Of a stretch of 64,000 bases of DNA, positions 1-9,586 are shown piece after piece. Made by a program: the position numbers and the translations under genes. The DNA is from Gammaproteobacteria bacterium (lineage in GTDB: Bacteria > Pseudomonadota > Gammaproteobacteria > Eutrophobiales > Eutrophobiaceae), in assembly GCA_965238225.1 (NCBI GenBank), contig OZ250183.1, positions 1,568,001 to 1,632,000 on the forward strand, given 5' to 3'. Under the pieces are notes generated by a model. That model made no database searches. It worked only from the letters and a program-made list of their open reading frames with translations, and was not told the DNA's origin. Each line of letters opens with the position of its first letter. The first letter of the stretch is position 1.

Positions 1-63
1 TTCGGTACCTGCATGACCGCCACCGACAACGAGACTATCAAATATCTTGGAGTTATAAGCCAT
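1..63 (-). CDS. mnmG: tRNA uridine-5-carboxymethylaminomethyl modification enzyme MnmG/GidA, 5' end only (runs off window)
   Basis: Reverse strand from ATG at 63 reads MAYNSKIFDSLVVGGGHAGTE, the GGGHAGxE FAD-binding N-terminus of GidA. Confidence 0.85.
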   Translation of the reverse strand, partial: MAYNSKIFDSLVVGGGHAGTE

Positions 64-305
64 AAGGTGTGCGTATTGTAACGACAGATGCTCAATATGT
101 AATCCTATTTAAAATCAAGTCGCCATTTTTTGATTTTGCTCTTGCTTTGTTGGTCTTTTGTTCTGATAATTTGGCTTGTTTTTTGGTTTTGATAATAAAA
201 TCCCTTTTATTGCCTTAGTGATTATTTAATTAGTTTTAACACTTTCTATCATATATTCTACTTTTCTCTATTTGCAAAAATATTTTTCATTACTTTCTTT
301 CATTA

Positions 306-566
306 ATTTTAAATAATTTCAAGTGTTCTTTTAAACTGTGCTGCATCCTAAGATTCTCTAGATCATTGTTTTAGCATTGTTTTAAACCTTTAGTCTCGTT
401 TTAGTTACAATAAAGTTCCAAGTTCCTAAAAAATTAAAGGGGGGCTGTCCTAAATAAGCGGGTTATAGTTACCTTAAGACATTGTTTTAATTGCTTGTAT
501 GTGACAGCCCTTAAATTACTTTTTTTATTCTGACGAAGGAGGACGCTGCCATACACGAATATAGTC
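306..566. repeat. ~260 bp direct repeat copy 1 (last codons plus 3' flank of the giant Ig/GH16 gene)
   Basis: Aligns by eye with 8875-9134 (tttaaataatttcaagtg..., aaactgtgctgcatccta, ggttatagttaccttaag, gtgacagccctt, aaggaggacgctgccatacacgaatatagtc). Confidence 0.92.
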
Positions 567-3500
567 CCATTTACTGTTGACCTCGTTGATGAGAGAATCA
601 TTGCTATACTTGGCAGTGCTGGCAATAATGTTCATCGGGCTGTCATAAACACCCGTAGTATACTCCGACATATTGTAAGTCACGCCAATGTGCTCGCCGT
701 CGTGAAAAGCCTTTAGGTGCTCTCCAGTCCATTCTACCGCATAAACATGGTAATTCTCTGCAATGTTTGACAGCGCTCCATTCACCGCTAATAGACCTGA
801 AGTCTTCGCATACCCTGCAGCGTATTCTGTCTCTCCAGGAGGTACAGGCCATACATGGTGCCTGTACGTCGCTACTTCGTGAGGTTGATTAAAGGGCAGA
901 CCGATCTCCGCAATATCAATCTCATTCCAATAAGATTTGCCATCATAATTACCATTAGCCGACAGCCAGAACGCTGTCGTTGTAAAACTGTTAGTATTGG
1001 CCGCTTTAAGTCTTGCTTCAACGTAACCACACTCAATTTTACCAAGACTGCGCATCGCCGAGGCTTTATTGATGGTGAAAAATCTAGGATTTCCACCTTC
1101 AAAACCGGGGTTTTTCACATAATTGGTCGTACCGCCCACAGGGGTCACGGAGAAATCATCAAATCGGACAATAGATCCGGGATCTACCTCAACTTCCATA
1201 GCAATTGTTAATTCACCGTTAGTAACAACAACATTGTCAATCCTATATTCAATAAAGGATGTCGAATTGTGAATGGTTTTCGTTATCTCATTGTTGTCAT
1301 CAAGGGTTACTGTTACTTCTGCAGATGTTACATGGCCTCCTCCAGCCCATGCCCAGAAACTCACATTATATGTGCCGTTGGGGACTTCAACTTTCTGGCT
1401 AAAACGATTATGACTATAGTATTCTTCTGCGTAATGACCAAACAAGAAACTACCCTGACCTGTATGGTGGTATAGAGTCGTCGCCCGGGTGGAAGGCGGC
1501 TGCGAACCGTCAAATCCTGAAATACCTATTCCATTGAGTTCGAGATCAGCAATATGTCTCGTCCAGCCAAAAGATGAGGCACGGGCGTAAATGATATGTT
1601 TCTCGTATGCGGCTCTGCTTGTCAGGACACCGTCACCAACACTCAAATAATAACTGGGATCGTATGGAATGCTGGGCTCTTTTAGAATATGCCGAATATT
1701 TTGTGTCCATTTTGTTGTATCTAGGGCATCGCCATCAAATTCATCACTAAAGCTCGGCTTATATACCCAAGTCCCACTCGGACCGTTAACGCCGTCTAAA
1801 TTATAGGGCGTTGGGTCTTCTGCTTGGACGTTACCTTCCGTGCTAGAAGCTTCACTAGCACAAACGCCTTGACGATTCTCCACTTGTATCCTGCCAGATG
1901 ATGATGTGGGTTCGGCAATAATTTCATTGCCTGCTAAGTCCGTGGCTTGACTTAAGGTAAATACTTGTGTGTCAACACTATCGGCCACTGTCCAGAAATA
2001 GTGATATACGTTTGGACTGACTCTTGTCATATTAACTGTAATGATCTGTGCACCAACACCTGAGAGTCGTACAGGTTGTACAGCAGGGCTTTGTGCCATG
2101 TCCTCACTAAACTCGGCACGGATTCTATATGTATTCCTTGGGTATAATTTAGTCTCAGGATCATCGCTCATGGGCGGGTTAGCATCAGCATCGTATAAGT
2201 AATAAGAGAGCTCGGCTGTGGGTCGTATGGTCTCTTTGGCTACTGTAATGGTGCCACCAGATGTGGGTGTGCCAATCACTTCATTACCTGCTAAGTTTAT
2301 GCCGTCGCTTAGTGTGAATGTTTGTTCGCCAAGACCTGTGCCCACTGTCCAGTCATAGGTGTAGGTTCTTGCACTCACTCTTGTCATGCCGTTTATGTCA
2401 ATGTTATTGGCACCTGTGCCTGAGATTTGTACAGCAGGGCTTTGTGCCATGTCCTTATCGAAGGTGGCAGTGACCCGTACTTCATCCCCTGCTTGTACTT
2501 GATCCGCAAGAGCATCGTCATTTATGTGATAATAATGGAGGCTGGCTGTGGGAGGAGATAAGGTCACGTAAATGCTGGTAGATGTAGGTGTTATTACATT
2601 GCCTGATAAGTCTGTACCTTGGCTTAGTGTAAATATTTGTGTGCCATCACCTGTGCCTACTGTCCAAAAATAGTAATAGGTTGTTGCATTGAATTTTGTC
2701 ATATTGGTGGCAGCAATGGGATTTACACCAATACCTGTGATTTGCATGGGAGGACTATCTGTCATGTCCTCACTGAATTTAGCATGGACAATTATCTCAT
2801 CTCCTTCTTCTACTTGGGTGACAACGACACTAGTGTCATTAATGGTTTTAAGATATCCGATTGTAGCAGTGGGTGCTGTGTTGTCTACGGTAATAGTGGT
2901 AGATGTAGGTTCTATTACATTGCCTACTAAGTCTGTACCTTGGCTTAGTGTGAATGTTTGTGTGCCATCACCTGTGCCTGGTATCCATCTATAGGTGTAG
3001 GTTGTTGCATTGAATCTTGTCATGTTGGTGGCAGCAATGGGATTTACGCCAGTACCTGTAATTTGCATGGCAGGCGTATCTGCTATGTCCTCACTGAATT
3101 TAGCATGGACGATGACGGTATCCCCTGCTTTTACTGCAGGTATACGATAATTAGCTCCTATACGATAACTCATGCCGTTTACTCTTAGCCAAGAACGGAC
3201 ATCGGCTGTAGGGGCTGTGGTATCTTTTATGGTAAGTTCGTTTGTTGTAGTGTCTGCACTGGCGTTGCCCGCTGCATCAGTGACTGTTGCAGTGATGTCG
3301 TAAGTGCCATCAACAAGTGTATTGGCTGTAAAGTGCCATGTGCCATCCGTAGCAACAATAGGTGTATAGGTTTCACCATTTAAGGCAACAGAGAGTGTCT
3401 CACCTGTAAGAAGTGAGTTACCTATACCTATTGTGCCTGTGATTTGTGGTATTGAGTCGTTGCTGGTTAGTGTATTGACTGTGGGGGTAGTAGCAGGGGC

Positions 3501-6329
3501 TGTGTTGTCTACGGTAATGGTGGTAGATGTAGGTTCTATTACATTGCCTGCTAAGTCTGTACCTTGGCTTAGTGTAAATGTTTGTGTGCCATCACCTGTG
3601 CCTGGTATCCATCTATAGGTGTAGGTTGTTGCATTGAATCTTGTCATGTTGGTGGCAGCAATGGGATTTACGCCAGTACCTGTAATTTGCATGGCAGGCG
3701 TATCTGCTATGTCCTCACTGCATTTAGCATGGACGATGACGGTATCCCCTGCTTTTACTGCAGGTATACGATAATTAGCTCCTATACGATAACTAATGCC
3801 GTTTACTCTTAGCCAAGAACGGACATCGGCTGTGGGGGCTGTGGTATCTTTTATGGTAAGTTCGTTTGATGTAGTATCTGTGCTTACATTGCCTGTTGTG
3901 TCTGTGACTGTTACAAGGATGTTGTAAGTGCCATCAGCAAGTGCATTAGCATTACTTACTGTAAAAGACCATGTGCCATCCGTAGCAACAGTGGGTGTAT
4001 AGGTTTCACCATTTAAGGCAACAGAGAGTGTCTCACCTGTAAGAAGTGCGTTACCTGTGCCTGTTGTGCCTGTGATGACAGGTATGCTGTTGTTGCTAGT
4101 TTGTGCATTAACCGTGGGTGTCGCAGGGGCTGTGTTGTCTACGGTAATTGCAGCAGATGTAGGTTCTATTACATTGCCTGCTAAGTCTGTACCTTGGCTT
4201 AGTGTAAATGTTTGTGTGCCATCACCTGTGCCTACTGTCCATCTATGGATGTAGGTTGTTGCATTAATTTTTGTCATGTTGGTGGCAGCAATGGGATTTA
4301 CGCCAGTACCTGTAATTTGCATGGCAGGCGTATCTGCTATGTCCTCACTGAATTTAGCATGGACGATGACGGTATCCCCTGCTTTTACTGCAGGTATACG
4401 ATAATTAGCTCCTATACGATAACTAATGCCGTTTACTCTTAGCCAAGAACGGACATCGGCTGTGGGGGCTGTGTTGTCTACTACTACTGTTGTAATGTTA
4501 GTGGTGGTACCAGCATAGGCATTACCTGCAACATCTCTAAAGACTGTTGCTGGGATGGTGATTTCATAGCTTGTACCTGAAAGTAAGTCGTCTGTTGGGT
4601 TAAGGGTGATAGTAGAAGTACCTTCGCCTGTTACCTGTGTGCTTGTTACAGGAATATTTATAGCAGTACCACCTTGAGGTGTTAGGGTAATATTGCCTGT
4701 GCCTATGGTAATTTCTTCATTAAAGGTCAGCACAATATTACTGTCTAATGGAACATTAGTTGCATTATTTGCAGGTGTAAAGGATGTTAATGTCGGAGCT
4801 GTGTTGTCTACGGTAATAGTGGTAGATGTAGGTTCTATTACATTGCCTACTAAGTCTGTACCTTGGCTTAGTGTGAATGTTTGTGTGCCATCACCTGTGC
4901 CTGGTATCCATCTATAGGTGTAGGTTGTTGCATTGAATCTTGTCATGTTGGTGGCAGCAATGGGATTTACGCCAGTACCTGTAATTTGCATGGCAGGCGT
5001 ATCTGCTATGTCCTCACTGAATTTAGCATGGACGATGACGGTATCCCCTGCTTTTACTGCAGGTATACGATAATTAGCTCCTATACGATAACTAATGCCG
5101 TTTACTCTTAGCCAAGAACGGACATCGGCTGTGGGGGCTGTGTTGTCTACTACTACTGTTGTAATGTTAGTGGTGGTACCAGCATAGGCATTACCTGCAA
5201 CATCTCTAAAGACTGTTGCTGGGATGGTGATTTCATAGCTTGTACCTGAAAGTAAGTCGTCTGTTGGGTTAAGGGTGATGGTAGAAGTACCTTCGCCTGT
5301 TACCTGTGTGCTTGTTACAGGAATATTTATAGCAGTACCACCTTGAGGTGCTAGGGTAATATTGCCTGTGCCTATGGTAATTTCTTCATTAAAGGTCAGC
5401 ACAATATTACTGTCTAATAGAACATTAGTTGCATTATTTGCAGGTGTAAAGGATGTTAATGTCGGAGCTGTGTTGTCTACGGTAATAGTGGTAGATGCAG
5501 TGTCTGTGCTTACATTGCCTGCTAAGTCTGTACCTTGGCTTAGTGTAAATGTTTGTGTGCCATCACCTGTGCCTACTGTCCATCTATAGGTGTAGGTTGT
5601 TGCATTGAATCTTGTCATGTTGGTGGCAGCAATGGGATTTACGCCAGTACCTGTAATTTGCATGGCAGGCGTATCTGCTATGTCCTCACTGAATCTAGCA
5701 TGGACGATGACGGCATCCCCTGCTTTTACTGCAGGTATACGATAATTAGCTCCTATACGATAACTAATGCCGTTTACTCTTAGCCAAGAACGGACATCGG
5801 CTGTGGGGGCTGTGGTATCTATGGTAAGTTCGTTTGATGTAGTATCTGTGCTTACATTGCCTGCTGTGTCTGTGGCTGTTGCAACGACTTCGTAGGTTCC
5901 GCTGGTAAGTGTATTAGCATTACTTACTGTAAAAGACCATGTGCCATCTGTTACAACAGTGGGTGTGTAGGTTGTGCCATCTAACGCTACAGAAAAGGTT
6001 TCGCTTAAGCTAAGTGCTGTGCTTGTGCCTATTGTGCCTGTGATTTCAGGCGTTGTGTCATTGCTGGTTTGTGTATTAACCGTGGGGGTAACAGGGGCTG
6101 TGTTGTCTACGGTAATAGTGGTAGATGTAGGTTCTATTACATTGCCTACTAAGTCTGTGCCTTGGCTTAGTGTGAATGTTTGTGTGCCATCGCCTGTGCC
6201 TACTGTCCATCTATAGGTGTAGGTTGTTGCATTGAATCTTGTCATGTTGGTGGCAGCAATGGGATTTACGCCAGTACCTGTAATTTGCATGGCAGGCGTA
6301 TCTGCTATGTCCTCACTGAAGGTTAGCAT
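525..6329 (-). CDS. C-terminal part of giant Ig-like repeat surface protein with terminal GH16 glycoside hydrolase domain and CBM-like insert
   Basis: Repeated DNTAP-delimited Ig-like modules; C-terminal SDEFDG...GYVEARLK...AFWL...WNEIDIAE (GH16 ExDxxE)...YHVYAVEW...DYIRVWQ. Confidence 0.88.
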   Translation of the reverse strand: MLTFSEDIADTPAMQITGTGVNPIAATNMTRFNATTYTYRWTVGTGDGTQTFTLSQGTDLVGNVIEPTSTTITVDNTAPVTPTVNTQTSNDTTPEITGTIGTSTALSLSETFSVALDGTTYTPTVVTDGTWSFTVSNANTLTSGTYEVVATATDTAGNVSTDTTSNELTIDTTAPTADVRSWLRVNGISYRIGANYRIPAVKAGDAVIVHARFSEDIADTPAMQITGTGVNPIAATNMTRFNATTYTYRWTVGTGDGTQTFTLSQGTDLAGNVSTDTASTTITVDNTAPTLTSFTPANNATNVLLDSNIVLTFNEEITIGTGNITLAPQGGTAINIPVTSTQVTGEGTSTITLNPTDDLLSGTSYEITIPATVFRDVAGNAYAGTTTNITTVVVDNTAPTADVRSWLRVNGISYRIGANYRIPAVKAGDTVIVHAKFSEDIADTPAMQITGTGVNPIAATNMTRFNATTYTYRWIPGTGDGTQTFTLSQGTDLVGNVIEPTSTTITVDNTAPTLTSFTPANNATNVPLDSNIVLTFNEEITIGTGNITLTPQGGTAINIPVTSTQVTGEGTSTITLNPTDDLLSGTSYEITIPATVFRDVAGNAYAGTTTNITTVVVDNTAPTADVRSWLRVNGISYRIGANYRIPAVKAGDTVIVHAKFSEDIADTPAMQITGTGVNPIAATNMTKINATTYIHRWTVGTGDGTQTFTLSQGTDLAGNVIEPTSAAITVDNTAPATPTVNAQTSNNSIPVITGTTGTGNALLTGETLSVALNGETYTPTVATDGTWSFTVSNANALADGTYNILVTVTDTTGNVSTDTTSNELTIKDTTAPTADVRSWLRVNGISYRIGANYRIPAVKAGDTVIVHAKCSEDIADTPAMQITGTGVNPIAATNMTRFNATTYTYRWIPGTGDGTQTFTLSQGTDLAGNVIEPTSTTITVDNTAPATTPTVNTLTSNDSIPQITGTIGIGNSLLTGETLSVALNGETYTPIVATDGTWHFTANTLVDGTYDITATVTDAAGNASADTTTNELTIKDTTAPTADVRSWLRVNGMSYRIGANYRIPAVKAGDTVIVHAKFSEDIADTPAMQITGTGVNPIAATNMTRFNATTYTYRWIPGTGDGTQTFTLSQGTDLVGNVIEPTSTTITVDNTAPTATIGYLKTINDTSVVVTQVEEGDEIIVHAKFSEDMTDSPPMQITGIGVNPIAATNMTKFNATTYYYFWTVGTGDGTQIFTLSQGTDLSGNVITPTSTSIYVTLSPPTASLHYYHINDDALADQVQAGDEVRVTATFDKDMAQSPAVQISGTGANNIDINGMTRVSARTYTYDWTVGTGLGEQTFTLSDGINLAGNEVIGTPTSGGTITVAKETIRPTAELSYYLYDADANPPMSDDPETKLYPRNTYRIRAEFSEDMAQSPAVQPVRLSGVGAQIITVNMTRVSPNVYHYFWTVADSVDTQVFTLSQATDLAGNEIIAEPTSSSGRIQVENRQGVCASEASSTEGNVQAEDPTPYNLDGVNGPSGTWVYKPSFSDEFDGDALDTTKWTQNIRHILKEPSIPYDPSYYLSVGDGVLTSRAAYEKHIIYARASSFGWTRHIADLELNGIGISGFDGSQPPSTRATTLYHHTGQGSFLFGHYAEEYYSHNRFSQKVEVPNGTYNVSFWAWAGGGHVTSAEVTVTLDDNNEITKTIHNSTSFIEYRIDNVVVTNGELTIAMEVEVDPGSIVRFDDFSVTPVGGTTNYVKNPGFEGGNPRFFTINKASAMRSLGKIECGYVEARLKAANTNSFTTTAFWLSANGNYDGKSYWNEIDIAEIGLPFNQPHEVATYRHHVWPVPPGETEYAAGYAKTSGLLAVNGALSNIAENYHVYAVEWTGEHLKAFHDGEHIGVTYNMSEYTTGVYDSPMNIIASTAKYSNDSLINEVNSKWDYIRVWQRPPSSE

Positions 6330-6540
6330 GGACGATGACGGTATCCCCTGCTTTTACTGCAGGTATACGATAATTAGCTCCTATACGATAACTAATGCCG
6401 TTTACTCTTAGCCAAGAACGGACATCGGTAGGGGCTGTGTTGTCTACGGTAAGTTCGTTTGATGTAGTATCTGTGCTTACATTGCCTGCTGTGTCAGTGA
6501 CTGTTGCAATGACTTCGTAGTTCAGTAAGTGTATTAGCAT
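6313..6540 (-). CDS. Bridging frame of the same giant gene (between two frameshifts)
   Basis: Encodes YEVIATVTDTAGN...RSWLRVNGISY, continuing the flanking repeat modules; small indels versus sister repeats near 6320, 6428 and 6520. Confidence 0.7.
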   Translation of the reverse strand: MLIHLLNYEVIATVTDTAGNVSTDTTSNELTVDNTAPTDVRSWLRVNGISYRIGANYRIPAVKAGDTVIVHANLQ

Positions 6541-8683
6541 TACTTACTGTAAAAGACCATGTGCCATCTGTAGCAACAGTAGGTGTATAGGTTGTGCCAT
6601 CTAACGCTACAGAAAAGGTTTCGCTTAAGCTAAGTGCTGTGCCTGTGCCTATTGTGCCTGTGATTTGTGGTGTTGTGTCATTGCTGGTTTGTGTATTGAT
6701 TGTAGGGGTAGCAGGGGCTGTGTTGTCTACGGTAATGGCAGTAGATGTAGATGCCATTACATTGCCTGCTAAGTCTGTGCCTTGGCTTAGTGTAAATGTT
6801 TGTGTGCCATCGCCTGTGCCTACTGTCAATCTATAGGTGTAGATTGTTGCATTGAATTTTGTCATGTTGGTGGCAGCAATGGGATTTACGCCAGTACCTG
6901 TAATTTGCATGGCAGGCGTATCTGCTATGGGTTCGCTGAATCTAGCATGGACGATGACGGCATCCCCTGCTTTTACTGCAGGTATACGATAATTAGCTCC
7001 TATACGATAACTCATGCCGTTTACTCTTAGCCAAGAACGGACATCGACAGTAGGGGCTGTGTTGTCTACGGTAAGCTCGTTTGATGTAGTGTCTGTACTG
7101 ACATTGCCTGCTGTGTCTGTGATTGTTGCAGTGACGTTATAGGTGCCACCAGTAAGTGCATTAGCATTACTTACTGTAAAAGACCATGTGCCATCTGTAG
7201 CAACAGTAGGTGTGTAGGTTTCACCATTTAAGGTAATAGAGAGTGTCTCACCTGTAAGAAGTGAGTTACCTGTGCCTGTTGTGCCTGTGATGACAGGGGT
7301 TGTGTCATTGCTGGTTAGTGTATTAATCGTGGGTGTAGTAACAGGGGCTGTGCCTATCACTGTAATGGTGTTAGACGTGGTTTCGACAGTGTCCGTGCCT
7401 TGGTGGGTTAAAGTAAATGTTTGTATGCCAACAGCACCATCGTTGATTGTCCATGAATAGTAATAGAGCTCTCCGAGACTATCACTAGAGTATCTCATCA
7501 TACTGGTTGCAGGAAAGCTATGTGCGCCAGTACCTGTGATTTCTATACTAGGACTATCTGCCCATACTATTCCTCCAAGGTCTGTGGCAATGACAAATGC
7601 AGTATTCCCTGCTTCTACTTGAGTAACAGGCTGACCATTCATCAAATAAATGAGTGTAGCTTCGGGTGCTGTGGTATCTGTTGTTATGGTTGTAATGCTT
7701 ATACTGATACCAGCATAAGCATTACCTGCGCTGTCTGTGAAAGCTGTGTTGGGGGCAGTAATGCTATAGCTGGTATTTGCCAACAGAATATTTGTTGGAT
7801 CAATGGTAATTTTATTAGTACCTTCTCCTGTTACCTGTGTGCTTGTTATAGGAATATTTATAGCAGTACCACCTTGAGGTGCTAGGGTGATATTGCCTGT
7901 GCCTATGGTAATTTCTTCATTAAAGGTCAGCACAATATTACTGTCTAATGGAACATTAGTTGCATTATTTGCAGGTGTAAAGGATGTTAATGTCGGAGCT
8001 GTGTTGTCTACGGTAAGTTCGTTTGATGTAGTGTCTGTGCTGACATTGCCTGTTGCATTAGTGAATGTTGCAGTGATGTTGTAAGTGCCATCAGCAAGTG
8101 TATTGGCTGTAAAAGACCATGTGCCATCTGTAGCAACAGTAGGTGTATAGGTTGTACCATTTAAGGTAATAGAGAGTGTCTCACCTGTAAGAAGTGCGCT
8201 ACCTGTGCCTGTTGTGCCTGTGATGACAGGGGTTGGGTCATTGCTGGTTTGTGTATTAATCGTGGGTGTAGTAACAGGGGTTATGCCTATCACTGTAATG
8301 GTGTTAGACGTGGTTTCGACAGTGTCCGTGCCTTGGTGGGTTAAAGTAAATGTTTGTATGCCAATAGCACCATCGTTGATGATCCATGAATAGTAATAGA
8401 TCTCTCCGAGACTATCACTAGAGTATCTCGTCATACTGGTTGCAGGAAAGCTATGTGCGCCAGTACCTGTGATTTCTATGCTAGGATTATCTGCCCATAC
8501 TATTCCTCCAAGGTCTGTGGCGATGATAAATACATTATTCCCTGCTTCTACTTGAGTAACAGTCCGACCATTCATCAAATAAATGAGTGTAGCTTCGGGT
8601 GCTGCCTGTGCTACCTGTGCAGAAAATCCTGCAAGGAGAAAGACCAGTGTGAGACGTTTTAGTAGATTAGCTTTGCCTAACAT
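6494..8683 (-). CDS. N-terminal part of giant Ig-like repeat surface protein (Sec signal peptide)
   Basis: MLGKANLLKRLTLVFLLAGFSAQVAQA signal peptide followed by the same Thr-rich Ig-like modules. Confidence 0.85.
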   Translation of the reverse strand: MLGKANLLKRLTLVFLLAGFSAQVAQAAPEATLIYLMNGRTVTQVEAGNNVFIIATDLGGIVWADNPSIEITGTGAHSFPATSMTRYSSDSLGEIYYYSWIINDGAIGIQTFTLTHQGTDTVETTSNTITVIGITPVTTPTINTQTSNDPTPVITGTTGTGSALLTGETLSITLNGTTYTPTVATDGTWSFTANTLADGTYNITATFTNATGNVSTDTTSNELTVDNTAPTLTSFTPANNATNVPLDSNIVLTFNEEITIGTGNITLAPQGGTAINIPITSTQVTGEGTNKITIDPTNILLANTSYSITAPNTAFTDSAGNAYAGISISITTITTDTTAPEATLIYLMNGQPVTQVEAGNTAFVIATDLGGIVWADSPSIEITGTGAHSFPATSMMRYSSDSLGELYYYSWTINDGAVGIQTFTLTHQGTDTVETTSNTITVIGTAPVTTPTINTLTSNDTTPVITGTTGTGNSLLTGETLSITLNGETYTPTVATDGTWSFTVSNANALTGGTYNVTATITDTAGNVSTDTTSNELTVDNTAPTVDVRSWLRVNGMSYRIGANYRIPAVKAGDAVIVHARFSEPIADTPAMQITGTGVNPIAATNMTKFNATIYTYRLTVGTGDGTQTFTLSQGTDLAGNVMASTSTAITVDNTAPATPTINTQTSNDTTPQITGTIGTGTALSLSETFSVALDGTTYTPTVATDGTWSFTVSNANTLTELRSHCNSH

Positions 8684-8745
8684 AACTTTAATATTCCGTC
8701 ATCTGTTTGCGTTATATTTACACCTAAATTTATACCACTTATATC

Positions 8746-8787
8746 TAACTTAGATTAATTACACCTTAACTTAGATTAATTACACCT
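8746..8787. repeat. Perfect 21-bp tandem duplication upstream of the giant gene
   Basis: taacttagattaattacacct x2. Confidence 0.9.
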
Positions 8788-8874
8788 GATGATTCTATAC
8801 CCATCTGCTGCATACTCATCTGCTGGTTGATTGCCAATTACTTGTTAGTATTGGCCAATCCTTAACTGGCATAG

Positions 8875-9134
8875 ATTTTAAATAATTTCAAGTGCCTTTT
8901 TAAACTGTGCTGCATCCTACAAAAATTCTTTTAGCTTGTTTTAAACCCTTAGTCTCGTTTTGGTTACAATAAGTTCCTAAAAGATAAAGAGGGCTACCCC
9001 AGATAAGTAGGTTATAGTTACCTTAAGGCATTGTTTTAACTGTTTTAATTAGTTTAATTGCTTATTATGTGACAGCCCTTGAATGACTTTATTTATTCTG
9101 ACCAAGGAGGACGCTGCCATACACGAATATAGTC
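8875..9134. repeat. ~260 bp direct repeat copy 2
   Basis: Homologous to 306-566, same orientation. Confidence 0.92.
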
Positions 9135-9390
9135 AAATTCAGCTGTGGTGGAAAAATTCTTCCAGTTCTCCGTATAATCTCTAACCATAGCTCGCGCCTC
9201 AGCATCGAAGATAATATTTTAATGGATATATAAAATTAGCACTTTCACTGTTATTAGGGTATTGCACTACATCCTTCTGGGGGATCTGTATTGTGTTGCT
9301 AATTGATTCGATAGGGCTGTGAATATCATTGATATTGGCAGTCTGTAAAGTAACAGGCGAGATTAAGACATCAAGATGGCGGTCACGCAT
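9093..9390 (-). pseudogene. Orphan C-terminal fragment of a paralogous GH16-tipped gene
   Basis: Reverse strand reads ...SANFIYPL/NIIFDAEARAMVRDYTENWKNFSTTAEFDYIRVWQRPPWSE* versus ...SPMNIIASTAKYSNDSLINEVNSKWDYIRVWQRPPSSE* of the intact gene; 5' limit uncertain. Confidence 0.8.
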
Positions 9391-9586
9391 TCGGTAACTT
9401 CATTAAGTTAACACATCAAAATTTACCAGACTCAAAATATTTAAACAGACGAAATTTATTTTAAATTACAAGGCAAAAAATTTACTCTCGGCATTTCAAT
9501 TTTGCCTTTAATTATGCAGGGCGTTACAATTCGGGATACTGTAATTTTTATTAGACTTATGCCTAACCAATACAGGAGCAGATGCA

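Noticed and set aside
64-520. Possible oriC upstream of mnmG/gidA
   Set aside because: AT-rich, but I see no cluster of TTATCCACA DnaA boxes or GATC enrichment; much of it is the duplicated 3' flank of the giant gene
2900-7060. CRISPR-like or non-coding repeat array
   Set aside because: Repeats are 300+ bp in-frame protein modules; no short repeat-spacer structure and no cas genes
2637-8662. Recurrent + strand ORFs (MCAITCA..., MPVVPV...)
   Set aside because: Antisense shadows of the repeated Ig modules
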